The notes below the pieces were generated by a model. The model was not told where the DNA came from and made no database searches. It worked only from the letters and a program-made list of their open reading frames with translations. Positions 9,160 through 17,827 of a stretch of DNA of 64,000 nucleotides are shown here, piece after piece (the stretch's first letter is position 1; each line of letters opens with the position of its first letter). This DNA comes from Bacteroidota bacterium. GTDB lineage: Bacteria; Bacteroidota; Bacteroidia; UKL13-3. The translations under genes were made by a program, and so were the position numbers. The DNA lies in assembly GCA_947485745.1 (NCBI GenBank), contig CANKQY010000003.1, forward strand, positions 13,747-77,746. The letters run 5' to 3'.

Positions 9160-10707
9160 ATGAAAGAAATGAACAAAAGAGAAAATTTATTGAAGCTCAG
9201 AGACCAAGCTCAATTAGGCGGAGGAATAGAAAGAATTGCCTCACAACATAAGAAAGGTAAATTAACTGCTCGTGAGAGAATTCATTTTTTAATGGATGAG
9301 GGCAGCTTTGAAGAAATTGGTGCCTTTGTTCAACACCGTAGCACAGACTTTGGTATGGAAAACCAAAAGTTTTTAGGTGATGGTGTGGTTACTGGTTACG
9401 GAACCATAAATGGTCGACTAACATATGTTTTCTCTCAAGATTTTACAGTTTTTGGAGGCTCTTTGTCTGAAACCCATGCCGAAAAAATTTGCAAATTATT
9501 GGATTTCGCCATGAAGAATGGAGCGCCAATAATTGGCTTAAACGACAGTGGTGGCGCTCGTATTCAAGAAGGGGTTGTAAGTTTGGGCGGTTATGCAGAT
9601 ATTTTTTATCGCAATACATTGGCATCTGGCGTAATACCGCAGCTTTCAGCTATTATGGGACCATGCGCTGGCGGTGCTGTTTACAGTCCGGCTATCACAG
9701 ATTATATCTTTATGGTTGAAAATTCTAGCTACATGTTTGTCACCGGTCCAAATGTTGTAAAGACTGTTACACATGAGGAAGTAAGTAGTGAAGATTTGGG
9801 TGGCGCATCTGTTCATTCCACTAAAAGTGGTGTGGCTCATTTTACCGGGGCAAATGAAATTGAAACCATACAGCAGCTCAAAAAGTTATTGAGTTATGTG
9901 CCGCAAAATTGTGAGGAAAAGGTGCCAATGATTCCGTTTGAGATTGGGGATGAGATGCGGCCGAAATTGATAGATATTATTCCTGAGAGTGCAAATCAGC
10001 CATATGATATTAGGGAAGTAATTGAAGAGGTGGCAGATGAGCATACTTTTTTTGAGGTTCATAAAAATTATGCAGAAAATATAGTTGTAGGATTTGCCAG
10101 ATTAGCAGGAAAAAGTATTGGAATTGTGGCTAATCAGCCTGCATTTTTAGCTGGTGTTTTAGATATTCATTCTTCGCAAAAGGCCGCAAGGTTTGTGCGT
10201 TTTTGTGATTGTTTTAATATTCCATTGTTGGTATTAGAGGATGTACCAGGCTTTTTGCCAGGAACAGATCAGGAATGGAATGCCATTATTACCAATGGGG
10301 CAAAATTGCTTTATGCATTTTGTGAGGCCACAGTACCTAGAATTACTGTTATTACAAGGAAAGCTTATGGAGGTGCATACGATGTAATGAATAGCAAGCA
10401 TATTGGTGCCGATATGAATTTTGCTTGGCCAACTGCGGAGATTGCGGTAATGGGGGCAAAAGGTGCTGCTGAGATTATTTTCAAAAGACAAATAGATGCG
10501 TCTGAAAATAAGGAAATTGCCTTGAGGGCAAAAGAGCTAGAATATTCAGATTTATTTGCAAATCCTTATAGGGCAGCAGAAAGAGGTTTTATTGATGATG
10601 TAATTTTGCCAGAAGAAACAAGGATAAAGCTAATTAAAGCTTTTGCCATGTTAGAAAATAAAGTCGCGGTTTTGCCAAAAAAGAAGCATGGCAACATTCC
10701 GTTATAA
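9160..10707 (+). CDS. Acyl-CoA carboxylase carboxyltransferase subunit (propionyl-CoA carboxylase beta / methylmalonyl-CoA decarboxylase alpha type)
   Basis: Full-length resemblance to the carboxyl_trans family: [53 protein letters not shown]. Confidence 0.9.
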   Translation: MKEMNKRENLLKLRDQAQLGGGIERIASQHKKGKLTARERIHFLMDEGSFEEIGAFVQHRSTDFGMENQKFLGDGVVTGYGTINGRLTYVFSQDFTVFGGSLSETHAEKICKLLDFAMKNGAPIIGLNDSGGARIQEGVVSLGGYADIFYRNTLASGVIPQLSAIMGPCAGGAVYSPAITDYIFMVENSSYMFVTGPNVVKTVTHEEVSSEDLGGASVHSTKSGVAHFTGANEIETIQQLKKLLSYVPQNCEEKVPMIPFEIGDEMRPKLIDIIPESANQPYDIREVIEEVADEHTFFEVHKNYAENIVVGFARLAGKSIGIVANQPAFLAGVLDIHSSQKAARFVRFCDCFNIPLLVLEDVPGFLPGTDQEWNAIITNGAKLLYAFCEATVPRITVITRKAYGGAYDVMNSKHIGADMNFAWPTAEIAVMGAKGAAEIIFKRQIDASENKEIALRAKELEYSDLFANPYRAAERGFIDDVILPEETRIKLIKAFAMLENKVAVLPKKKHGNIPL

Positions 10708-10755
10708 GGTTTTAGGTGTTTTTTCGTTCCTTAAGTTGTTGTAATAATATTTAGT

Positions 10756-12351
10756 ATGAAAAAGGCTTTAATTGGTTATATTAGTATTTGGGTTTTGACC
10801 CTGTTGAATTCATCAATTGGATATGGTCAAAATAGTTTGATTTGTAACACCAAAATAACCGCAGTAAATGTGTTTTTAAATCAGGCACAAGTTACTAGAA
10901 ATGGCAAAATTGTTTTGGATGCTGGCTTACATCAAGTGGTATTTGAAAAATTTTCTCCCTTGTTGGTTCAAGGTTCTATAGAAGTTAAGGCCTCAACTGG
11001 TATAGAAATATTAGCAGTGAGCACCCAAAAAGATTTCTTAAATAATACTGAAAAGCCTCTGTTGATTAGGGTATTGGAAGATTCATTATTGGTGGTAAAC
11101 GAATTGTTAGTAGAAATAAAATCGGATAAGGATGCCTTGGCTTGGCAAAAGGAATTATTGATTGCAAACAAAAGTATTGGCGGAGCTAATCTTGGGGTAA
11201 AGGCTGAAGAGTTGGAAGACATTTTGGATATTTACCAAAAGAAACTGCACGATTTTAAGTTGGCAAATACTCAATTAAATAGGCAAGAAAGAAAGTTAAT
11301 TGAGGAAAAATCAAAAATTGAGCGGCAGCTAAAAGAATACAATGAAGGCACTTTGGCTATGAGCAATCAAGTAATTGTTCAAGTTAAAGTGAATAGTGCA
11401 AATCCCGAAGCGCAGTTTGATATTAGGTATCTTGTAGGAGGAGTAAGTTGGCAACCATTTTATGATATTAGGGTTGCAGATACAAAATCTCCGGTTCAGT
11501 TTTTATTAAAGGCAAGCATTCAACAACAAACTGGCGAGAATTGGAACAATATTAAGTTAAAGTTGGCAACCAATGATCCACTTGCCGGAGGAACCACTCC
11601 CGTGTTGATTCCGTCTGTATTATATTTTGTTCAAGCCGAAGCTTTTAAGTTGAACCAAAGGAAACTTGAGATGTATGCGGCTCCTTCAGCAATGCCTATG
11701 CAAGATGGCAACTCTGCTGAAATGAATGCTATTGCGCAACAAAATTTTTTAAATCTTGAGTTTGATGTTTTAGGGACAAACTCTATACCTTCTGATAATA
11801 AAAGTCATTTTGTAGAATTAAATAGATTTTCATTGGAAGCAGTTTATGGTTTGGCTTGTGTGCCAAAATTAAATACGGAGGTTTTTGTAACAGCAAATGT
11901 TCAGTCTAATGAGTTAATTAGTCAATTGAACGGGGAAGCAAATATTTACCTCAACGGAACTTTTACAGGAAAAACATATTTGTCTCAGCAGACCAGCGAT
12001 TCATTATTGGTTACTTTGGGCAAAGACAATAGGATAGTAGTGAAGCGAGAAAAGGTGAAGGAAATGTGCAGTAAATCATTATTTGGTTCAAACAAAAAGG
12101 ATGCAAGTACCATAGAAATTACACTAACGAATTCTAGCTCTGAACCAATAGAATTGGATGTGAAAGACCAAATTCCACTTTCAAGTAACCAAGAAATTTT
12201 AGTTAAATTGGTGGATGCTGGTGGCGCAATATATACAGTTGAATCTGGAATGTTGAATTGGTTAGTTTCTATACCTGCGAAGCAAAGTAGGAAGCTCAGA
12301 TTTGCATTTGAAATAAGTTATCCATCAGGAAAAGTAATAACCGGGTATTAA
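10756..12351 (+). CDS. Secreted DUF4139/DUF4140-type protein (mucoidy-inhibitor MuiA-like family)
   Basis: It has a signal peptide. The N-terminal pattern ITAVNVFLNQAQVTRNGKIVLDAGLHQVVFEKFSPLLVQGSIEVKA, a central coiled coil and a ~530-aa length fit this family as I remember it. Confidence 0.6.
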   Translation: MKKALIGYISIWVLTLLNSSIGYGQNSLICNTKITAVNVFLNQAQVTRNGKIVLDAGLHQVVFEKFSPLLVQGSIEVKASTGIEILAVSTQKDFLNNTEKPLLIRVLEDSLLVVNELLVEIKSDKDALAWQKELLIANKSIGGANLGVKAEELEDILDIYQKKLHDFKLANTQLNRQERKLIEEKSKIERQLKEYNEGTLAMSNQVIVQVKVNSANPEAQFDIRYLVGGVSWQPFYDIRVADTKSPVQFLLKASIQQQTGENWNNIKLKLATNDPLAGGTTPVLIPSVLYFVQAEAFKLNQRKLEMYAAPSAMPMQDGNSAEMNAIAQQNFLNLEFDVLGTNSIPSDNKSHFVELNRFSLEAVYGLACVPKLNTEVFVTANVQSNELISQLNGEANIYLNGTFTGKTYLSQQTSDSLLVTLGKDNRIVVKREKVKEMCSKSLFGSNKKDASTIEITLTNSSSEPIELDVKDQIPLSSNQEILVKLVDAGGAIYTVESGMLNWLVSIPAKQSRKLRFAFEISYPSGKVITGY

Positions 12352-12365
12352 AGTGGCCTAATATT

Positions 12366-12373
12366 TATATTTG
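12366..12373 (+). promoter_or_regulatory. Candidate -7 promoter box (TAnnTTTG) for ORF 12420
   Basis: TATATTTG lies 47 nt upstream of the ATG at 12420. Confidence 0.3.
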
Positions 12374-12419
12374 AGTTATAATTTTTTTATTTGAATATCT
12401 AAAAACCAACAATTAAAAT

Positions 12420-12851
12420 ATGAAACGTATCATTACAATGGTTGCCTTATTCGCAGCATTCGGATTTACCACCGCATTTGCTCAAATAGGAAGTGCAATG
12501 GATAAGTTGAGCAAGCAGGGATCAAAGGTAGTTGCCGATGCCCAAAAATCAACTACAGCAAGTGTTTTAGGTGAATTGGACAAACAACTTCAAAGCCAAT
12601 TCAAATTGGATGGTGTTAAGTCGCAATTAATAGGTGATGCTTTAAAAATAAAGGTTGCTGATAGCGATTTTACAAAATTATCTGCAGCTTCAAAAACCAA
12701 GCAAGGAAACGATATGTTGGGCGCTGCTTTAGGTATTTTATCGGGAAGCGGTTTGAACCTAAAAAGTTTGGGCATAAAAAATGTGATTTTGGAAATGTTT
12801 AAATCAATGAGTGTAAATGATGTGCTTTCTACAGCCAAGAAAACGCTATAG
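12420..12851 (+). CDS. Small secreted hypothetical protein
   Basis: The signal peptide is MKRIITMVALFAAFGFTTAFAQ. I recognise no motif. It is followed by a strong terminator. Confidence 0.5.
   Translation: MKRIITMVALFAAFGFTTAFAQIGSAMDKLSKQGSKVVADAQKSTTASVLGELDKQLQSQFKLDGVKSQLIGDALKIKVADSDFTKLSAASKTKQGNDMLGAALGILSGSGLNLKSLGIKNVILEMFKSMSVNDVLSTAKKTL
12750..12759 (+). repeat. Iterated decamer copy GGTTTGAACC
   Basis: Exact match inside ORF 12420; GGT TTG AAC CTA (G-L-N-L). Confidence 0.95.
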
Positions 12852-12879
12852 CTATAATTTTAAAAAGCATTATAAAAGG

Positions 12880-12907
12880 AGCGGGTTTTTTAACCCGCTT
12901 TTTTTTT
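12880..12907 (+). terminator. Rho-independent terminator
   Basis: Stem AGCGGGTT (12880-12887) pairs with AACCCGCT (12892-12899), followed by a run of T. Confidence 0.75.
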
Positions 12908-12920
12908 GCATTTTTGAGGC

Positions 12921-14405
12921 ATGGGTATCAAAGCACTATTAGCTAAACCATTTGCTAAATATATAAAGCGAAAGGTTGAAAAAGAAAGCAGGGATGCATT
13001 GTTATTGCAACAAAATTGGTTTAAACAAATTATAGGTTCAGCCCAAAATACTAGCTTTGGTAAAGACCATCATTTTTCTGAGATTGATACTTATGAGGCA
13101 TTTAAAAAGAATGTGCCAATAAGAGATTACGAAGGTTTAAAACCTTATATTGACAAAGTTGTGGCAGGCGGCTATGATATTCTATGGCCAGGCAGGCCCT
13201 TATATTTTGCCAAAACATCTGGAACAACAAGTGGGGTTAAATACATACCAATTTCAAAAGAATCTATAGGGTTTCATATCAACTCAGCGCGCAATGCTTT
13301 ATTGTTATATATAGCAGAAACGGGTAAAGTAAATTTTGTGGATGGGAAATTAATCTTTCTCTCTGGTAGCCCAATTATGGAAAAAAAGCATGGTGTTTTT
13401 GTGGGTCGTTTAAGCGGTATAGTAAACCACCACGTTCCGGCTTATTTACGCAAAAATCAAATGCCGAGTTATGCAACCAATTGCATAGAAGATTGGGAGG
13501 AAAAAATTTCAAAAATAACAGATGAAACTTTGGCAGAAGATATGACCCTCATTAGCGGCATTCCGCCTTGGGTTCAAATGTATTTTGATTTGATAAAAGT
13601 AAGAACGGGAAAGGCAATCAAAGATGTTTTTCCAAACTTTAATTTGTTTGTATATGGGGGTGTAAATTTTGAACCTTATAGGGCAAAAATAGAAGAGAGT
13701 ATTGGAAAGAAAGTCGATACCATAGAGACCTACCCTGCATCAGAAGGATTTATTGCTTACCAAGATTCGCAGCATGCAGAAGGGTTGTTATTATTGGTAA
13801 ACAATGGTATTTTTTATGAGTTTATTCCTGTAGATGAGTTTTACAATGAAATACCCACTCGCATTTCATTGTCAGAGGTGGAATTAAATGTAAACTATGC
13901 CTTAATCCTTAGCACCAATGCAGGATTATATGCTTACAATATAGGAGACACCGTAAAGTTTGTTTCCCTTAATCCTTTTAGGATTAAAGTAACGGGTCGT
14001 ATCAAGCATTATATATCTGCCTTCGGAGAGCATGTTATTGGTGAAGAAGTAGAAGCTGCCTTATTAAGTGTTGCCAATAACCAAGGCGTTTCAATCATTG
14101 AATTTACAGTAGCGCCGCAAGTAAATCCACTAGAAGGGGGATTACCATATCACGAATGGTTTATTTCGTTTGAAAAGTTACCAATTGATTTGATCCAATT
14201 TGCAAAAGAGGTAGATGAAGCATTGCAGCTAAAGAATATTTATTATAAAGATCTAATTGTAGGGAATATTTTGCAATGTTTGAAAATAAGGGTTTTGCCG
14301 ACAGATGCCTTCATCAATTTCATGAAGCTAGAAGGTAAGTTAGGAGGACAAAACAAAGTACCAAGATTAAGTAATGATAGGAAAATAGTGGAAAGGTTGG
14401 TGTAA
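12921..14405 (+). CDS. GH3 auxin-responsive-promoter family protein (acyl-adenylate-forming fold)
   Basis: The length is ~494 aa. The N-terminus ...QQNWFKQIIGSAQNTSFGKDHHFSEI..., TSGTTSGVKYIP and the YPASEG motif are typical of bacterial GH3-family proteins. Confidence 0.7.
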   Translation: MGIKALLAKPFAKYIKRKVEKESRDALLLQQNWFKQIIGSAQNTSFGKDHHFSEIDTYEAFKKNVPIRDYEGLKPYIDKVVAGGYDILWPGRPLYFAKTSGTTSGVKYIPISKESIGFHINSARNALLLYIAETGKVNFVDGKLIFLSGSPIMEKKHGVFVGRLSGIVNHHVPAYLRKNQMPSYATNCIEDWEEKISKITDETLAEDMTLISGIPPWVQMYFDLIKVRTGKAIKDVFPNFNLFVYGGVNFEPYRAKIEESIGKKVDTIETYPASEGFIAYQDSQHAEGLLLLVNNGIFYEFIPVDEFYNEIPTRISLSEVELNVNYALILSTNAGLYAYNIGDTVKFVSLNPFRIKVTGRIKHYISAFGEHVIGEEVEAALLSVANNQGVSIIEFTVAPQVNPLEGGLPYHEWFISFEKLPIDLIQFAKEVDEALQLKNIYYKDLIVGNILQCLKIRVLPTDAFINFMKLEGKLGGQNKVPRLSNDRKIVERLV

Positions 14406-14583
14406 GTATTTTAGATAATTAAGCTTAAAAACCATTATTTATTTAAATGGTGGCGAATAAGTTTTTTATGATTCGGACTTGCTTTAATTACTTTTTTGGA
14501 GTTTCAATTGAATTTGGTTCAGACAGTTGGCAAATATTTACGTTGTTTTGTTTGAAATAATATCACATTTTGCGGATGTATTC

Positions 14584-15744
14584 ATGGAACATCAAAAGAA
14601 AAAAATAGCCATCTTAGGCAGTACTGGGAGCATTGGTACACAAGCATTAGAAGTTGTAAGTGAGCAAAGTGATTTTTTGGAGGTAGAGGTGCTAACCGCC
14701 AACAGCAATGCCGATTTATTGATTGCCCAGGCTATAAAATTTAGGCCCAATCATGTGGTTATTGCCGATGAAAGTAAATACTTGCAAGTAAAAGAGGTTT
14801 TAGATCCACTAGATATTAAGGTTTTTGCCGGAAATAAGGCCATAGAGGAATTGATGGGTATTACCGAGGCTGATTTGGTGCTAACGGCAATGGTTGGTTA
14901 CAGCGGTTTAAAGCCTACCATTAGTGCAATTGAAAATAAAAAGAAAATAGCCTTGGCCAATAAGGAAACATTGGTGGTGGCAGGCCAATTGGTAACCAGT
15001 TTATGTGCCGAGCACAAAGTTGAACTGATTCCGGTAGATTCTGAACATTCGGCAATTTTTCAATGCTTGGTAGGTGAAGGTTTGAACCCAATTGAGCGTA
15101 TTATTTTAACTGCCTCTGGCGGTCCTTTTAGGGGGAAGCTAAGGTCAGATTTATTGGAAGTAACCAAAGCACAGGCCTTGAAACATCCTAATTGGTCTAT
15201 GGGAGCAAAAATAACCATAGATTCTGCAACCCTTATGAACAAAGGTTTAGAGGTAATTGAAGCCAAGTGGCTATTTGGATTAAGCAGGGAGCAAATTGAT
15301 GTAGTGGTGCACCCACAGTCTATCATTCATAGTATGGTTGAATTTAATGATGGCAGTATAAAAGCGCAAATGGGTTTGCCTGATATGAAGTTGCCAATAC
15401 ACTACGCATTCTTTTTTCCGCAAAGAGTTCAGTCCGATTTTAAGCGATTGAGTTTCCATGAAATTAAAACCTTAACCTTTGAAGAGCCAGATCCTATTAC
15501 CTTTAGAAATTTGGGTTTGGCTTATGAGGCAATGGAAAAGGGTGGCAATATGGCCTGTATACTCAATGCGGCCAATGAAGTTGCGGTGGAGGCCTTTTTG
15601 AAGGATAAGATAAAATTTCTGCAAATTGCTGAGTTAAATGAAAAATGTATGAACCAAGTAGGATTTATTCAAAAGCCTGACCTTAACGATTATGTGGAAA
15701 CGGATTCCGAAACGAGAAGAATTGCACTCGATTTATTGGCATAA
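14584..15744 (+). CDS. dxr: 1-deoxy-D-xylulose 5-phosphate reductoisomerase
   Basis: The ATG at 14584 gives MEHQKKKIAILGSTGSIGTQAL (NADPH-binding motif). LANKE, DSEHSAIFQC and HPNWSMG are also present. The upstream 19 codons of the tracked ORF are not needed. Confidence 0.92.
   Translation: MEHQKKKIAILGSTGSIGTQALEVVSEQSDFLEVEVLTANSNADLLIAQAIKFRPNHVVIADESKYLQVKEVLDPLDIKVFAGNKAIEELMGITEADLVLTAMVGYSGLKPTISAIENKKKIALANKETLVVAGQLVTSLCAEHKVELIPVDSEHSAIFQCLVGEGLNPIERIILTASGGPFRGKLRSDLLEVTKAQALKHPNWSMGAKITIDSATLMNKGLEVIEAKWLFGLSREQIDVVVHPQSIIHSMVEFNDGSIKAQMGLPDMKLPIHYAFFFPQRVQSDFKRLSFHEIKTLTFEEPDPITFRNLGLAYEAMEKGGNMACILNAANEVAVEAFLKDKIKFLQIAELNEKCMNQVGFIQKPDLNDYVETDSETRRIALDLLA
15079..15088 (+). repeat. 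Iterated decamer copy GGTTTGAACC
   Basis: Exact match inside dxr; GGT TTG AAC CCA (G-L-N-P). Confidence 0.95.
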
Positions 15745-15787
15745 AATTGTTATTATTGCAACTTATTAGAGAAGATAAAACATACAC

Positions 15788-17107
15788 ATGCAAGGATTAA
15801 TTATGGCCGCCCAACTAATATTGGGCATTTCTATACTGGTTATTTTACATGAATTTGGACATTATTTGGCTGCCCGTGCTTTTGGAATAAAAGTAGAAAA
15901 ATTCTATTTGTTTTTTGATGCTTGGGGAGTGAAATTGTTTTCGATGAAAATTGGCGATACCGAATGGGGTATTGGTTGGTTGCCTCTAGGTGGCTATGTA
16001 AAAATTGCAGGAATGATAGATGAAAGCATGGACAAAGAAGCCATGAAATTGCCTGCCCAACCTTGGGAATTTAGAAGCAAACCAGCTTGGCAACGACTCA
16101 TTGTAATGGTTGGTGGTGTAGTTGTGAATATCATCACAGGCATTGTAATTTTTGCCATGATGAGTTATTCTTATGGTGAAAAATACATTCAAAATTCATC
16201 GGTTCAAAGCGGAATAGTGCCTTCTCAAATTGCAAAAGATTGTGGCTTTATGCTAGGTGATAAATTGGTATCTGTTAATGGGTCGCCAATTTTAAGATTT
16301 GAAGAAGCGCTCAAAATAAAACATATTTTAGGTACAGAAGTTAAGTATGAGGTAGAGAGGAACGGGCAAATATTTGACGTAACCTTACCACCAGATTTTG
16401 CGAAAAAATTTAGTGATGCAAAGGCCGATTTTTTTGTGCCAAGGATGCATTTTTTTGTTGCCGAGCTAACGCCGGGATATCCAGCAGAGAAGGCAGGTTT
16501 ACAAGTAAATGATGTAATAACCAAAGTAGATAGCACAAGTTTTGAATTCTTTGATGAGTTTCAAGCATTATTGAAGGCAAACGCAGGCAAAGAGGTTGTA
16601 TTAGGCATTAACAGAAACAATGAACCTGTGTCTATAAAAGTTGCTGTTGATGAAACTGGTAGAGTAGGGTTCAAACCAGATTCAAAAGACTTTATGTTTG
16701 AGGTTGTTTCTTATTCGTTTTTCGGTTCATTTCCTGCTGGCCTCAACAAGGCAATTGAAACTATTGATGCGCAGATTAAGGGCTGGGGAAAAATATTTAA
16801 TGGTGACATTGCCGTAAATAAAGCTGTTCAAGGTCCGATAGGCATTGCCAAGTTTTATGGTGGCGAATGGATTTGGAGTAGGTTTTGGATGTTTACCGCC
16901 CTTATTTCTTTGGGTTTAGCTTTTATGAATATTCTGCCAATCCCGGCTTTAGATGGTGGTCACGTTGTTTTTTTATTAATTGAAATGATTATTGGTCGCC
17001 CATTGAGTGAGAAATTTTTGGAAGGCGCTCAATACGCTGGAATGATTATTTTACTTACCTTAATGGTGCTTATTTTTGGCAACGATATTTGGGGGCTGTT
17101 TAAGTAG
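15788..17107 (+). CDS. rseP: RIP metalloprotease RseP (site-2 protease, M50 family) with PDZ domain
   Basis: HEFGHYLAAR zinc motif, central PDZ (GLQVNDVITKVD) and C-terminal NILPIPALDGGH motif. Confidence 0.9.
   Translation: MQGLIMAAQLILGISILVILHEFGHYLAARAFGIKVEKFYLFFDAWGVKLFSMKIGDTEWGIGWLPLGGYVKIAGMIDESMDKEAMKLPAQPWEFRSKPAWQRLIVMVGGVVVNIITGIVIFAMMSYSYGEKYIQNSSVQSGIVPSQIAKDCGFMLGDKLVSVNGSPILRFEEALKIKHILGTEVKYEVERNGQIFDVTLPPDFAKKFSDAKADFFVPRMHFFVAELTPGYPAEKAGLQVNDVITKVDSTSFEFFDEFQALLKANAGKEVVLGINRNNEPVSIKVAVDETGRVGFKPDSKDFMFEVVSYSFFGSFPAGLNKAIETIDAQIKGWGKIFNGDIAVNKAVQGPIGIAKFYGGEWIWSRFWMFTALISLGLAFMNILPIPALDGGHVVFLLIEMIIGRPLSEKFLEGAQYAGMIILLTLMVLIFGNDIWGLFK
16668..16677 (-). repeat. Iterated decamer copy (GGTTCAAACC on the + strand)
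   Basis: Exact match inside rseP; gGG TTC AAA CCa (G-F-K-P). Confidence 0.95.
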
Positions 17108-17174
17108 CTAATGGCCGTTAGCTGTTAGCCTTTAGCTTTTAACTTTTTGTCATCCTGAGCCTGTCGAATGGATC
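17108..17174. repeat. Intergenic short-repeat element: GTTAGC/TTAGC-type hexamer run followed by GTCATCCTGAGCCTGTCGAATGGATC
   Basis: The run is CTAATGGCCGTTAGCTGTTAGCCTTTAGCTTTTAAC, followed by GTCATCCTGAGCCTGTCGAATGGATC at 17149-17174. From memory, the latter resembles a short repeat common in intergenic DNA of Bacteroidota; its reverse frames read RQAQDD / FDRLRMT. Confidence 0.45.
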
Positions 17175-17733
17175 ACTTTTTGTATTTGTGGCAGCTTGTT
17201 AAATGGTCGTTTACCATGCCTGCAGCTTGCATAAATGCATAGCAAATGGTTGACCCAACAAAGGTGAAGCCACGTTTTTTTAGTTCTTTACTCATGGCAT
17301 CACTTTCTTTTGTTTTTGCAGGAAGTTCTTGAATTTTTTTCCAATGGTTGATGATAGGTTTGTGGTTAACAAATTGCCATATATAGGTATCAAAGCTGCC
17401 AAATTCTTTTTGAACCAAAAGAAAGGCCTTTGCATTTTTAACGGCACCCCAAATTTTGAGTCTATTTCTAATTATTCCAGCATCTAACATCAAGGATTCC
17501 AACTTTTTTTCGTTGAATTTGGCAATTTTATTTGGGTTGAACCCAGCAAATGCTAACTCAAAATTCTTTCTTTTGTATAAAATTGTCTTCCAACTAAGTC
17601 CGGCTTGAAAAGAGTCTAAGAGTATATATTCAAATAACTTTTGGTCGCTGTGCACTGGTATTCCCCAATCTTGGTCATGATATTCATTCATCAAAGCGTC
17701 GTTTTGGGTCCAATTACATCGTATTAAATTCAT
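17173..17733 (-). CDS. tag: DNA-3-methyladenine glycosylase I
   Basis: RCNWTQNDALMNEYHDQDWGIPVHSDQKLFEYILLDSFQAGLSWKTIL is the classic Tag signature. Confidence 0.9.
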   Translation of the reverse strand: MNLIRCNWTQNDALMNEYHDQDWGIPVHSDQKLFEYILLDSFQAGLSWKTILYKRKNFELAFAGFNPNKIAKFNEKKLESLMLDAGIIRNRLKIWGAVKNAKAFLLVQKEFGSFDTYIWQFVNHKPIINHWKKIQELPAKTKESDAMSKELKKRGFTFVGSTICYAFMQAAGMVNDHLTSCHKYKK

Positions 17734-17790
17734 AAAAGCAAATTATTTCATTCTATTCAGATACACAAGTGGAGAAATAGTTTTTATTTA

Positions 17791-17800
17791 GGTTCGAACC
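17791..17800. repeat. Iterated decamer, perfect palindrome form GGTTCGAACC
   Basis: Exact match in the intergenic tag/purB spacer, 5 nt upstream of the candidate purB -7 box. Confidence 0.95.
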
Positions 17801-17804
17801 GAAT

Positions 17805-17812
17805 TATTTTTG
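17805..17812 (+). promoter_or_regulatory. Candidate -7 promoter box (TAnnTTTG) for purB
   Basis: TATTTTTG lies 16 nt upstream of the ATG at 17828. The palindromic decamer GGTTCGAACC sits just upstream at 17791-17800. Confidence 0.3.
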
Positions 17813-17827
17813 TTGAAATTTACAAGC

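Noticed and set aside
14527-14583. N-terminal extensions of tracked ORFs: dxr +19 codons, lysA +17 codons (2494-2544), purB +6 codons from TTG 17810, and the small PUL lipoprotein +5 codons (44369).
   Set aside because: Internal ATG codons give N-termini that match family consensus or signal-peptide logic. The extensions are hydrophobic or low-complexity, or they overlap upstream genes.
17791-17800. The decamer considered as a tRNA T-arm fragment (GGTTCGAAxCC-like), and therefore a tRNA-derived or integration-site remnant.
   Set aside because: No copy has acceptor, D-arm or anticodon-arm context. Most copies lie in frame inside conserved protein-coding sequence, and no integrase is nearby.
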